From positions 289,323 through 353,322 of the forward strand of contig CALSSJ010000010.1 in assembly GCA_943788985.1 (NCBI GenBank): DNA of 64,000 nt. Direction: 5' to 3'. This DNA is from an uncultured Lentisphaerales bacterium (GTDB lineage Bacteria; Verrucomicrobiota; Lentisphaeria; JABSQK01; UBA12247). The notes below the pieces were generated by a model. That model saw only the letters and a list, made by a program, of their open reading frames with translations, did not search any database and was not told the origin of the DNA. A program made the position numbers and the translations under genes. Of the stretch, positions 1-15,000 are shown in pieces; positions within the stretch are counted from its first letter, which is position 1; every line of letters starts with the position of its first letter.

Positions 1-1
1 G

Positions 2-3000
2 ATCAACTCCTCCGCATCGATCGAAGAATTTGGCAACGACGTGGATCCGGACCTGACTGCGGCTAATCTGAACTTGGATGCAGTTGCAGGCATCGGCAAC
101 GATGCAACTCTCGAAACCGCCGCCCAGAACATTGCCGTTGACAGCAGCGCTGGCGGCGAGAGCATCGACATTGAGAACCAATCAGCAACCGACGCGACCG
201 TCTCGAGCACTACCATCGCTGGCGGCGCCGGTAACATCAGTATTAGCCAGACAGACGGCGGCGCGCTGGCCGTGACCAACACCACCACAGCGAATGGCAG
301 TATCGCCTTAGCTAATGATGGAAACGGCTTGTTGGTTGGTACGTTGAACGCTGGCGGAACAAGCACTGCTTCGCTCACGACCACGGACGCTGGTGACATC
401 TTTGTTGACAGCGCTACTGCTGGCGAAGCAATTGTTGTCGATTCTGCTGGCCTCGTGAATGCCGACCTGGAAGACGCTGGTGCTGAGTTTACAGCCAATA
501 ACGTCTCCATCACGGCAGTGGATGGCATTGGTATTGGCACCAATGTTTTGGGTGTTGATACCAGCACCCCGAATCTTGTCGCTTACACCACTGGCCCGAA
601 CGCAGCAGCAATCGACATCGACAACCTAGAAGTGGCGACCGCACTGCTCAGCACCCAGGGACTTGGCGCTGACATCACCTTGGACAACACCGGTGGACTG
701 ACCGTTGCTGGCGCCGTTGCTACGGGCACCGGTCAGATTCAGATCATTGCCGCCAGCCCCCTGACTGTGAGCGGCGACGTAATGACTGGTGGCGACAATG
801 ACATCATCCTGACTGCTTCGGGCACAGCTGACACTGATGACTTCACTGCAACGGGTGGCTCCACCATTGCTAGCGAAGGTGGCACGATTACCATTACAGC
901 TGGCGACTCCATTCTTCTGAACGACGAGACCGTCGTGCGCACCAATGGCAACGGCTGGGTTGAGCTGGAAGCAGACTCCACAGATAATGGTGTTTCCGGA
1001 ACCATCACTCAGGATGGAAACTCGCAGATTGTGGTAGATGCAGGTTCGATCGAAGCGGTTGCTCCTGGTGTGGTTACCGTGACTCACATGGAAGCCACCC
1101 ACGGCTCCATTCTCCTAGGTTCCGTGGATACGCGAATCGCTGGGCTGGTTGATGATGACGGCGGTGTCGCAGACGACCTGATCGCGAACACCATCGACAT
1201 TCGCGCCGCCGGTTCGCTCGGTGGTACCGGCGCGAACGACAGCATTGAAGTCGATGCAGACTCCATTATCGTGGACAACACCGCCGGCGGCACATTCATC
1301 AATGCCGTTGGTGATGGTGGCTTAGCTGTGGATATCACGCAGCAGAATGGCGCAGCCGAGGTTCTCGGCTCCGAAGACATCACCCTTACCGATGTCGATA
1401 CCATCGTTGGTGGCGGCAACGTGTTGGTGCTCACTGACAGCGGCAATGTTGGAGTCGATAGTGTTACTGCTGGTACAGGAAACATCACCATTACTACACA
1501 GACTGGTTCCTTGATTGACCTGAACGGAAATGCAGTCGTCACCGGCGCTGATGTCGCTCTGTCCGGTCTGGGCGGGGACGTGGCCAACGCCAACACCTTG
1601 ACTGCTAGTGGTACTCTCGCGGTAACTGCCCTGAACGACGTTAACCTGACCGGCGCCAGTAACGTGACCTCCGGGACCAGCACCACGATTGGCGCTGGCG
1701 GGGACATTAACCTGACGCCATCAGTCGTCGCTGGGACAAGCATCACAGCAACCGCTGGCGAGAACGTGACCACCACGGGCTTGCTTGATGCTAAAAATGG
1801 CGACGTGGCTTTGACTGCTGGCGACGATCTCACTCTTGGTACCGGTGGCGCCGAGGCCACTGGAAACGTTGGCCTCCAGGCAAACACTGGTAGCGTCGTG
1901 ACAATTGGCCAAGTCGCCGACACCGGCAGCTTCGATGCAGACGCTGGTGAGAACATCACCATCGGCAATAATGTCACGACCACTGGCACGCTCGAGATCG
2001 GTCAACGCCAGAAGCCATCTGGGACCGTCTGGATCAACGCTGACCTTCAGGCTGGTGACGCTCTGACCGCCAGCAGCGGTGGCAACCTGATCTTGCTTGG
2101 CACTGAGACCATCGACAGTGATGCTGCCAGCAGCCTTGCAGCGGATGACACCCTGACACTCAATGGCACTCTTGGCGGTGCGAGCGTCTCGCTCTGGGCC
2201 GGCGTTCTGGCTGACCTAAACAACACCGTGATCTCTGACACGGGCGGCGTCGAAATCCGCGGTGGCACAATCCACGCCGATGGCATAGCCGACATCACCG
2301 GTAACACTTCCGTTACCATTGTCGGTACCGAAGATGTAACCGTCGATGATATCCTGGCCGACAACGGCAATGCTTCCGTTACAGCTGGCGGCCTACTGAC
2401 CACCAACGCTACAATCAATGCCGACGATTCCGACATCATTCTGTCCGGCGTCGACGGCATCAATCAGTCCGGCACGCTTGGTAACAGCGGCACGACCGAT
2501 AACGTCAGTCTTACCTCATCCGCTGGCACCATCGCCAGCACCAATGCAATCGATGCGGACGTCAACATCACCTTCACTGCACAGCAAGACGTCAGCACCA
2601 CAGCCATCCTGACCGCTGATACTGGCGCGATCGGCCTGACTGCCGATGGCGGCATTACGACCACTGCGCTGCTGACAGCAGGGACCACCGTTACCGTCGA
2701 CGCTGGCGTAGAAGCTTCGGTCGCAGAGATCCTCGCCCAGAACGGCGACGCAACGATCACCGGTGGCCAGAACATCAGCCTCACCGCTGACGTTGACGCA
2801 GTGAATGGCACCATTACGGCGACCGCTGGAAACGACCTCTCGCAAACTGGCGCACTTGGTGCTGACGGCAATACGGACAATGTCCTTCTTACTGCCAACA
2901 CTGGTTCTGTCACCTCGTCCAACACGATCGAAGCTGACGTGGCCCATCACCGTCGACGGCGCGGCAGACGTGACCATGAACGACAATCTCACCACAGACA

Positions 3001-6000
3001 CGGGCGCGATTAGTCTTACTGCTGGCGATGCACTGACGCTTGATGCTGTTGCGGACTCCGCAGCTGCAGCCACTCTGACTGCTGGCGGGCAACTGGTCCA
3101 ATCCGGCGACATCATCGCGGACGGTAACGTCTCCCTCGAGTCCACCGAAGGTTCCGTCGTGACCAGTGCTGCGGCCACTGCCAACGGCTCCAACTACACC
3201 ATTGATGCTGGCGACTCCATCACCATCGGTGGCGCGGTCATCGCTGACGGCACTGCCCGGATTGGTGGCACTCGTGAGCCAAGCGGCAGCGTTGCTATCA
3301 ACGCAACCATTAACGCGGCAGGCATTTGGGCCGACGCTGGTGGTGACATTACGCAGACAGAGGCGCTCACCAGCAGCAGTGTTGTCAATCTTGACGCTGG
3401 TAACCTGCTTGATGTCGACGCCGATATCTCTGCAACTGACATTACGCTCAATGGCGACGGCGACGTTGAAGTTGCCACGGTCCTGAATGCGACCGCCGGC
3501 AACGTCAACGTCACCGCTGGCAACGATGTCACCCTGGCGAACACGACCGATGCAACTGGCGACGTCACCGTCACCGCTGGCAACGATGTCACCCTGGCGA
3601 ACACGACCGATGCAACTGGCGACGTCACCGTCACCGCGGGCAATCAATTGACTGCTACTGGCGCAATTGGCGGCGGAGCTGGCACGGACAACATCACCCT
3701 GACGTCTAACACAGGCGACATCGACATCGCGGCAACCACCGCGCAGACAGCCCTTTCCATCGATGCGGGTGATAACCTAATCGCTCGCTCCACACTTACT
3801 TGGTAGCAGTGTCGCAGCCACCGCCGGTCAGGATCTGACCGTATTGGATACAGTGACTTCGACCGGAACGATCATCACGCTGACTGCTGGCCAGAGTCTG
3901 AACCAGACCAGGCAGCTTGGTTGCAACGACCGACATCACCTTGGAAGCATCGACCCGGAGCGATTGATACGGTCGGCAACCGCAACTGGTGTGAACTACA
4001 ACGCCGATGCTGGCGATTCCATCGCGATCGGCGGCCGCAGTAACCGTCACGGGTGACTTTGGGCTTTGGTCAGAGAATCGAACCTACCGGTACGGTGGCA
4101 CTCGATGCGGCTGTAAGCGCAGCAACCATCACTGGTGACGCGGCTGGCGACATTCGCTTGGCAACCGGGCAGGACGCTCACCAGCGCTGGCGCCACCAAC
4201 CTGGACGCTGGCAACTTGCTCGAACTGCTTGGCGATGTTCAAGCCACAGACATCACCCTGAATGCCGACGGTGACATGACAGTCGCGACTAGCGCTCGAC
4301 GCGACCGGCGGCAATGTGCTCGCGACAGCTGGCAACGACGCCTCCTTCGCGGATGCAGTCGACGCTACAGGAAACGTCACCTTGGGTGCTGGGGAAGACC
4401 TCAGTGTGACCGGAGCCATTGGCGGCGCTGGTAATACCGACGCTGTTACCTTGAGTGCTGACAGCGGCAGCATCACTGCTGACGGTGCCATCACTGGCTC
4501 TGCAGCGGCAAGCCTGAACGCTGGTCAGAACATCACCACTGCCGGCGCCATCCGCGCCAGCAGCATCACCGGCACTGCCGGTCTCGACTTGAACACCGGC
4601 GACACCCTTGACCTCGACGGGCCACCGACATACAATTGACGGCTGGCACCGACTTGAATCTTGGCGACGACGCAATATCCGCCGAAGACATCATTCTCAC
4701 TGCTGGCGAGAACCTGACCCAGACTGGCAATCTGAATGCCACACAGCAAACATTGACCTTGAAGCCACATCGGGTTCCATCCTCGCTCTCGGTACCTCCG
4801 ACGCCGTGCTCTATGACCTAGGCGCTGCCGACGATGTGACCATCCGCGGTGACGTCACCGCAACTGGCGCCATCACCATCGGCCAGGCCATTGAGCCTGA
4901 CGGCGTTGTTTCACTTGAAGCCGTGATCCAAGGCGCTGGTGTGACTGCCGACGCAGGCGGGCGACATCCTGCTGACCAATGCTGGCTCCATCAACAGCAG
5001 CGACATTGTGGACCTCGACGCGGGCAACCTGCTGGACATCGATGGCACCATCGCTGGCACGGACCTCACCCTCCGTGCTGATGGCGATGCGGACCATCGC
5101 AACCTCCCTCAACGCCCACAGCAGGCGACGTAGAGGTCACCGCCGGCAACGACGCGACCCTCACTGACACCGTCGACGCAACTGGCGACATCGATCTGAC
5201 CGCTGGCGATCTGCTCACCCGTATCTGGTGAGCTTGGCGGAAACAGCAATGCACAGAACATCAGCCTTACCTCTAATACAGGCAACATCGACGTCAGCGC
5301 TGCTGTTGACGCAGTCGCCGCTGCGACCTTCGATGCTGGCCAGGACCTGACCATCGTCGCAGTAGATGGTGCGTCCATCACCGGTACCCCGCCGGGCAGG
5401 ACATCAACGCGAACGGCGCTCTGAACACGACGGCCGGCAACATCGCGCTCGACGCGGGCGCTGACTTGACACTCCGCTGCGCAGACTGGCTCTGCTGCAG
5501 ACATTGCTCTTACCGCTGGTGACAACCTCACGCAGGATGGCAACCTGGTTGCAGGCGGTGACATCGACATCGAGTCGAGCACCGGTTCCGTCACCACGAC
5601 TGGCACCGCGATGGGCGTCAACTACGAATTGGATGCAGCAGTTGCTGCCACCATCGGCGGCGAAGTCAACGCCACTGGCAGCATTGACATTGGCCAAACC
5701 ATTGAGCCCGCTTCCTTGATTAACATCACTGCTGATCTTGATGGTGTTGGGAACGTCACCATCGACGGTGGCATGGACATCACTCAGGCTGGTGGCACGA
5801 CCATTGAAAGTGATGCGACCCTCGATATCGATGCTGGCGCAAACCTCACGACCAACGGTACGCTGACCGCCCAACACCGTGCTTCTGAGTGCTGAGCACA
5901 CCCTGACCACTAACGGCACACGGTTGGCACAACCGGCGGCAACGCGACTCTCACTGGTAACAACGTTGTCACCACGTCCGCAGTTACTTCGACTGGCGCC

Positions 6001-9000
6001 ATCACCGTGATTGGCGACGAGGATGTCACCCTTGCCGACATCGATGCGAATGGCGGAAATGCCGAACTGACTGCTGGTGGCGTCCTGACCTTGAACGGCA
6101 CCACCGATGCCGCTGCGACGTGATCGCGATCGCCAACGACCGGATCTGGCAGCGCGGCGCGATTGGCGGCGACGCTGACACCGTGAACGTCACCTTGACC
6201 GCTCGTGAAGGCATGATCAACAGCGACGCCGACATCTCGGGCCCACGACCAACGTCACCCTGAACGCAGGCGATGATGTAGACCGTGGCAACAACCACGA
6301 CCGCCGCGGCAAACCATCAGCATCGCAGCTGGTGGTGACGTCAACGCCAACGTGCTGACTGCCACCAACGCGGCGATAGACATCGATGCCGATGGCGACA
6401 TTGCGCTAGCTGGCACTGCTACAGCCGGAACAACCATTGACGCAGTCGCTGATCTGAGTGTGGACGACTGCAGCAGGTTACTGCGGGCGGCGCAATCACT
6501 CTCGATGGTGGCACCGATGCCACACTCGACGGGGCTGCCACTGGCGCAAGCATTGCGATCACCGCTGGCGACCTCCTGACCCAAGCCGGTGCTATCGACG
6601 TGACTGGTGACATCGACCTAGAGTCGACCTCCGGCGCTGTTGTAACAACCGGGACGGTTGAAGGTGCCAACTACGCAGTTGACGCTGCCGACTCCATCGC
6701 CATCAACGGCGATATCGACCTGACCGGTGCTTTCACACTCGGCCAGAGCCGCCAGCCCCACCGGGACCGCCACGATCAATGCTGACATCGTCAACACCAC
6801 CAGCGTGACCGCTGACACCGATGGCGACATTCTGATTACCGCGGGTTCCGACCTCAACAGCACTGGCGCGGTTGACATCGATGCTGGCAATCTGCTCGAC
6901 GTCGATGGGCAGATCAACGGCACTGATATCGTCCTGAATGCAGACGGCGATGCCCTTATTGCTACGGCTCTTATCGCGGATGGCCGGGTCGGAATCACTG
7001 CCGACAACGACGTCCTCACCGAGGGCGCTATCACAGCAACCACTGGTACGACATCGTCATCACCGCTGGCAACGACCTGCGCCACACCGCCACGCTTGGT
7101 GGCGGTGCTCGCAATGTCTTCCTAAATGCCACGACCGGTGATATTCGCAGCGAGGCGGCAGTGACTGCCGCTGGCACCGCTCGTCTCCGTGCGGGTTGAG
7201 ACATTACCGCGACTGATACTGTAGACGGTGCCGGTGTTACCATCGACGGTGGTAACGATGTCACTCTGGCGGCCATCGTCGCTCACAGCCGCTGGTGCCA
7301 ATATTGATGCTGGCAGCGATTTGACACTCAACGGCGCAGTTGACGCCCAATAACGGTGATGTGGCCCTCGACGCAGGCGGCCTGATCACTCAGGACGCCG
7401 CTATCGGCGGTGCCAACACCACGAACAACATTGCGATCACCTCTCGTGACGGCTCGCTGGATAGCAACAACATCATCGATGCAAACGACAGCGTAGCGAT
7501 CACCACCGGGCAGAACGTCGATCTGGCCAGTTCGGTCACCGCTGGTACCAGCATCGCATTAGACGCAGGCGGCACGGTTGACGCAGCAGCCATGCTGGAT
7601 GGCGGTACTTCGGTTGCTGTCTCCGGTGACGACAACGTCAACCTCGTGGACACCATCGCCCGCAGTGGCAACGCCACGATCGAAGGTCTGAATGTCACAC
7701 TTGCTGGCCCAGTCAACGCGATCAACAACGACATCATCGTGACTGCCGACAACAACATCGCCAGCAACGCGGCACTTGGTGGCTTGAACAACACCGACAA
7801 CATCACGTTGCGCGCCAACACCGGTTGGGTTAACGCCACGGACACGATTAGCGCCGATGGCACCGCCAACGTGTGGGCCGGGCAGGATATCACGACGACA
7901 GGAACCGTTGACGCGACTACAGTTCTCATGAACGGCGGCAACGACGTCGCTCTGGCTACGATCCTGGCAGCTGCCGGGGGCGCCGACATTGACGCTGGCG
8001 CAGCACTGACCCTGAACGGCGATGTCGATGCAAATGCTGGCCACCGTGACAATCGACGCTGGCGGCCTGATTACTCAGGATGCCGCGATCGGCAGCGATA
8101 ATAACACCGCCTCCGTAACCATCGCTTCTGCCGAAGGCTCACTGGATAGCAACAATACGATCGATTCGGTCGGGCTGATCAGCATCACCACTGGTGCGAA
8201 TGTTGACCTAGCCAACGCGGTCACCGCTGGTACCAGCATTGCAGTGGACGCTGGCGGCACAGTTGACGCGGCCGCAATCCTGGACGCTGGTACCTCGGTT
8301 GATGTTTCCGGCGACGACAACGTCAGCCTGGTTGACACCATCGCTCGCAGTGGGAATGCGACCATTACTGGTCTGGATATCACACTTGCTGGCCCAGTCA
8401 ATGCGATCAACAACGACATCATCGTTACTGCTGATAACAACATTGCGAGCAGCGCGGCACTCGGTGGTCTGAACAACACCGACAACATCACGTTGCGCGC
8501 CAACACCGGTTGGGTAAACGCCACAGACACGATCAGCGCTGATGGCACCGCCAACCTCTGGGCCGGTCAGGACATCACGACTACAGCAACCGTTGACGCG
8601 ACTACAGTTCTCGTGAACGGCGGCAACGACGTCGCTCTGGCTACGATCCTGGCAGCTGCCGGGGGCGCCGACATTGACGCTGGCGCAGCACTGACCCTGA
8701 ACGGCGATGTCGATGCAAATACTGGCACAGTCACCATTGATGCTGGTGGCCTGATCACTCACGATGCCGCGATTGGCAGCGATAATAACACGGCTTCCGT
8801 AACCATCGCTTCTGCCGAAGGCTCACTGGATAGCAACAACACGATCGACTCGGTCGGCCTGATCAGTATCACCACCGGTGCAAATGTTGACCTAGCCAAC
8901 GCGGTCACCGCTGGTACCAGTATCGCAGTGGACGCTGGTGGCACGGTTGATGCGGCTGCAATCTTGGACGCTGGTACGAGCGCTGCTGTAAGCGGTGACG

Positions 9001-12000
9001 ACACCGTCAGCCTGGTTGACACCATCGCTCGCAGTGGGAATGCATCCATCACTGGTCTGGATGTTACCCTTGCTGGCCCGGTCAATGCGATCAACAACGA
9101 CATCATCGTTACTGCTGACAATAACATTGCTAGCAGCGCGGCACTCGGTGGTCTGAACAACACCAACAACGTGACGTTGCGCGCCAACACTGGCTGGATC
9201 AACAGCAGCGCAGGAATTACGGCAGTGACGAACGCGAGCCTTTGGGCTGGCGATGCAATCACGACTACCGCAGCGGTCACCGCCAACGGCGTGACGGTCA
9301 ACGGTGGTGCTGATGTTGCCCTTGCTGAGATCAACGCCTTGGCCGGCAGGCGCCGACATCGACGCCGGCGACGACCTGACGCTCAACGGCGAAGTTGACG
9401 CAACTGGCGGCGCAGTCACGATCGACGCAGGCGGCCTGATCACTCAGAACGCAGCGATCGGCAGCGACGGCACTGCGACTGTGGCGATCACCTCACGTGA
9501 CGGTTCGCTGGACAGCAACGACACCATCGATGCGGCTGCTTCGGTTGCGATCACCACCGGTCAGAACGTTGACCTGCTCAGCGCTGGTCACTGCGGGCAC
9601 TACGATCGGCATCAACGCTGGTGGCACGGTTACCGCTCGCTGCTAGCCTTAATGGCACGGCGTCACGGTTGATCGGCGGGAACGACGTCAGCCTGGTTGA
9701 GGTTGCCGCTGGAACTGGCAACGCCGACATCGACGGCCTGAACATCACCTGGCTGGCGCAGTCACGCAGCGGCGCACGATCGACGTGGCCGCTGACAACA
9801 GCGTCACGCAGTCCGGCACCCTGACTGCTGCGGACATCGCAGTTCGCGCTGACACTGGCTGGATCAACAGCTCCGCTAGCGATCACCGCGCTGGCGGACT
9901 CCGCAAGTCTGTGGGCCGGTGATGCAATCACGACCAGCTGCAGCAGTCAACGCTGCTGGCGTCACCGTCTACGGCGGCGCAGACGTTGCCCTCGCTGAGA
10001 TCAACGCGACCAGCCGATGGCGCCGACATCGACGCCGGCGACGACCTGACGCTCGAATGGCGAAGTCGATGCCACTCGGTGGCGCCAGTCACGATCGACG
10101 CCGGCGGCCTGATCACTCAGGGCGCCGCGATCGGTGGCGACGGCGACTGCGTACGTGTTGCGATCACTTCGACGTGGTGGTTCGCTGGACAGCAACAACA
10201 CCATCGACGCTCAGACGAGCGTAGCAATCACGACCGGTCAGAACGTTGACCTGCTGAGCGTGGTCACTGCTGGTACTTCGATTGCGATTGACGCTGGTGG
10301 TACGGTGGATGCCGCTTCGCTGTTGAGCGCTGGTACGAGCGTCGATGTTTCCGGTGACGACAACGTCAACCTGGTTGAAGTCGATGCCGATGGCTGGCGA
10401 CGCCTACCATCGCGGGTTTGAACGTGAACCTGACTGGTCCAGTCGACGCCAACGGCGCTGACATTCTTATTACTGCTGACAACAATGTTGCGAACACCGC
10501 AGCACTTGGCGGCGACGGCACCACTAACAATGTGACGGTTCGTGCCAACACTGGCTGGATCAACAGCAGCGCAGCGATCACCGCGCTGGCGGACCCGCAA
10601 GTCTGTGGGCCGGTGATGCAACTCACGACCCGCTGCAGCAGTCAACGGTGTTGGCGTAACGGTCAACGGCGGTGCTGATGTTGCTCTGGCTGAGATCAAC
10701 GCGACCACAAGCGCCGACATCGACGCCGGCGACGAGCTGACGCTCAATGGCGAAGTTGATGCAACCGGCGGCGCAGTCACGATCGACGCTGGCGGCCTGA
10801 TCACTCAGAACGCTGCGATCGGTAGCGACGGCACTGCGACGGTTGCGATTTCCTCACGTGATGGTTCGCTCGACAGCAATGACACCATCGATGCAGCTAC
10901 TTCGGTTGCGATCAGCACCGGTCAGGACGTTGACCTGGCTAGCGCTATCAACGCTGGCACTACGATCGGCATCAACGCTGGTGGCACGGTTACTGCCGCT
11001 GCTATCCTTAATGGTAACGGCGTCACGGTTGATGGCGGGAACGACGTCAGCCTGGTTGAGGTTGCAGCTGGAACTGGCAACGCCGACATCGACGGCCTGA
11101 ACATCACCTTGGCTGGCGCAGTTAGCGCGGCTGGCACGATCGACGTGGCCGCTGACAACAGCGTCACGCAGTCCGGCACCCTGACTGCTGCGGACATCGC
11201 AGTTCGCGCTGACACTGGCTGGATCAACAGCTCCGCTACTGTCACCGCTGCGAACTCCGCAAGTCTGTGGGCTGGCGGCAACGTCATCACTTCCGCTGAC
11301 GTCAATGCTGCTGCCGTCACCATCTACGGTGGCGCAGACGTTGCCCTGGCTGAGATCAACGCGACCACAAGCGCCGACATCGACGCCGGCGACGAGCTGA
11401 CGCTCAATGGCGAAGTTGACGCAACCGGCGGCGCAGTCACGATCGACGCTGGCGGCCTGATCACTCAGAACGCTGCGATCGGTAGCGACGGCACTGCGAC
11501 GGTTGCGATTTCCTCACGTGACGGTTCGCTCGACAGCAATGACACCATCGATGCAGACTACTTCGGTTGCGATCACCACTGGCCAGGACGTTGATCTGCT
11601 CAGCGCTGTCACCGCTGGCACGACGATCGGTATCAATGCTGGTGGCACGGTTACTGCCGCTGCTACCCTTAATGGTAACGGCGTCACGGTTGATGGCGGG
11701 AACGACGTCAGCCTGGTTGAGGTTGCAGCTGGAACTGGCAACGCCGACATCGACGGCCTGAACATCACCTTGGTTGGCGCAGTTAGCGCGGCTGGCACGA
11801 TCGACGTGGCCGCTGACAACAGCGTCACGCAGTCCGGCACCCTGACTGCTGCGGACATCGCAGTTCGCGCTGACACTGGCTGGGTCAACAGCTCCGCTAC
11901 TGTCACCGCTGCGAACTCCGCAAGTCTGTGGGCTGGCGGCAACGTCATCACTTCCGCTGACGTCAATGCTGCTGCAGTCACCATCTACGGTGGCGCAGAC

Positions 12001-15000
12001 GTTGCCCTGGCTGAGATCAACGCGACCACAAGCGCCGACATCGACGCCGGCGACGAGCTGACGCTCAACGGTGAAGTTGACGCAACTGGTGGCGCAGTCA
12101 CGATCGACGCCGGCGGCCTGATCACTCAGAACGCAGCGATCGGCAGCGACGGCACTGCGACTGTGGCGATCACCTCACGTGACGGTTCGCTGGACAGCAA
12201 CGACACCATCGATGCGACTGCTTCGGTTGCGATCACCACTGGCGAGGACGTTGACTTGGCCAAGCGGTCAACGCTGGCACGACGATCGGCATCAACGCTG
12301 GTGGCACGGTTACCGCTGCTGCTATCCTTAATGGCGCCGCGGGCGTAACGGTTGACGGCGGAAGCGACGTCAGCCTGGTTGAGGTTGCAGCTGGAACTGG
12401 CAACGCCGACATCGACGGCCTGAACATCACGCTGGCTGGCGCAGTCACCGCAGCTGGCACGATCGACGTGGCCGCTGACAACAGCGTCACGCAGTCCGGC
12501 ACCCTGACTGCTGCGGACATCGCAGTTCGCGCTGACACTGGCTGGATCAACAGCTCCGCTACTGTCACCGCTGCGAACTCCGCAAGTCTGTGGGCTGGCG
12601 GCAACGTCATCCACTTCCGCTGGTCATTGCTGACTGCGTCACGATCAGCGGTGGCGCTAACGTTGCTCTGGCCGAGATCGACGCTGCTGCTGGCGGCGCT
12701 GACATCGACGCAGGCTTGATGCTGACCTTGAATGACGAGGTTGACGCTGACTGGTGGCGCGATCACGATTGACGCTGGCGACCTGATCACGCAGGATGGT
12801 GCGATCGGCAGCGACAACACGACTGCATCGGTTGCGATCACCTCAACCACTGGCTCGATTGACTCCAATAATACGATTGATGCCCTCGGCGACATCAGTG
12901 TGGATGCTGGCCAGGATGTGGATCTGCTGGATCTGGTAACCTCTGGTGCAGCACTGAGTCTGAATGCCGGCGGCAGCATTGCAGCCGTAAGCACCATCAC
13001 TGGTGACAGCGTCGAGGTTGACGGTGGCGCTGACGTTTCCCTGGCTGAAGTCAACGCCGAAGCAGGCGATGCGCTCCTCGCTGCAGGCTTGGACCTGACG
13101 CTGACCGGCGTCGTTGATGCTGCGACTGGCAACATTGTTGCTACCGCTGGCAATGACCTGACGCAGCTGGCTGCACTTGGCAGCGACCAGAGCACCAACA
13201 ACGTTACCCTGACGGCAACCACCGGCACGCTCACGAGCAGCGACACGGTTGACGCGATCGACAGCGTCGACGCCACGGCTGGTCTGGACTTGAACGTCGC
13301 GGCGCCAATCACTGCAGCAAACGGCTCAATCGCTCTGACCACCTTGGCAGGCGACCTGAACAGTGGTGAAATCCTTACCGCTGAAACCGGCGTGATCGTT
13401 GACGGTGCTGCCAATGTCAGCGTGGACCGCGTCCTGGCCTTCAACGGCGACACCACACTACGCGCTGGTAGCAACATCACACTCACCGATGCGGTCGATG
13501 CCCGTGGCGGCAACGACGTTGTGGTCTGGGCTGGTCAGAACGTGACGCAGACTGCTGCAGTTGGCGGCGATCAAGCTACCGACAACGTGACCCTTACTGC
13601 TGATACTGGCGCGATCCTCTCCACCAACACCATTGACGCAGCAATGAATGTAGCTCTGACCTCCGGCTCCAGCACTACGCTGGGTGCTGCGGTTGTCGCC
13701 GACACTGGCGACATCACGATCGGCTCCGGTGTGAATGTCACCGCTGCTGACGAACTGACTGCAACAGCTGGTGCGATTGACATCGACGCCGTCGAAGATG
13801 TAGCACTGGCCGCGCTGGTCACCGCCGGTACGACCATCGACGTAAACGCCGGTGGCACGAGTGCTTTTGCCGAACTGCACGCTGGTGACGATATCACGCT
13901 GGATGCCGATGTGGACCTGACTCTGACGGGCGCAGTTAACGCAGATGGTGCTGACATCGTAGCGACTGCCGGCCGCGACCTGACTGCTACCGCTGCCCTT
14001 GGTGGCGACCAGACCACGGACAACATCGACCTGACTGCGGTTCTGGGAACTGTTACAACGAGCAGCACGGTTGATGCAACTGAGACCATCGACTACGTCG
14101 CAGGCGCGAATATCGTAGCTGGCCAGACAGACGCTCTGGACGCGATTACCACGGACAACGGCAGCATCACTTTCGATGCAGGCGAAGGCATCGCGATCAA
14201 CACGATCGTGACCGCCAACGACAGCGTCTTGGCTGACGCTGAGACCGGCAGCATCACCACAGGTGATGACCTGATTCGCGCCGTCACTGGCGAAGTTGAC
14301 TTGGCCGCTGGTGGATCGCTCGCTCTGGGAGCTGGCGGCACACGCGCCTTCACCAACGCCACTCTGGCTGCTGACGACAATCTGACGCAGACCGGCGACA
14401 TCTTTGCTGGCGAGGCCATCAGCCTGACAGCTTCCACTGGCGCGCTGAGCACAATCGGTACGTCCGACGCCGGTAGCTTCAGCGCTGATGCTGGTGACAG
14501 CATCAACCTAGATGGCGACGTCGTCACTGAAACTGGTGGTGTTGCCATTGGCCAGACCATCGAGCCAAGCGGCAGCATTGTTCTCGATGCTACGATTGAT
14601 AGTGATACGACCGTCGCAATTGATGCGGGTGGTGACATCACCCTCAACGCAGCAGACGAGATCATCAGCAACGACGGCACTCGCATCGACGCGGGCAATG
14701 TTTTGGATCTGAACGGCAACGTGACAGCTTCGACTGTGACACTCAACGCCGATGACGACCTGTCCATCGCCGGTGTCACGACTGCAACCGATGGTGCGAT
14801 CCTCGCAACTGCTGGTGGCAACGCGGTCATCACTGACCTGCTGGAAGCCACCACCGATGTGACTGTGAGCGCCGCCGGCAACTTGGCCACTGACGAGATC
14901 ATGGCTGGTGTACCGGCTAATCCAACGACTGGCCATGTCACGTTGACTGCTGGCGAAAGCTTGGTGATGAACGACGCTATCGACGCAGTCGGCAACTTGA

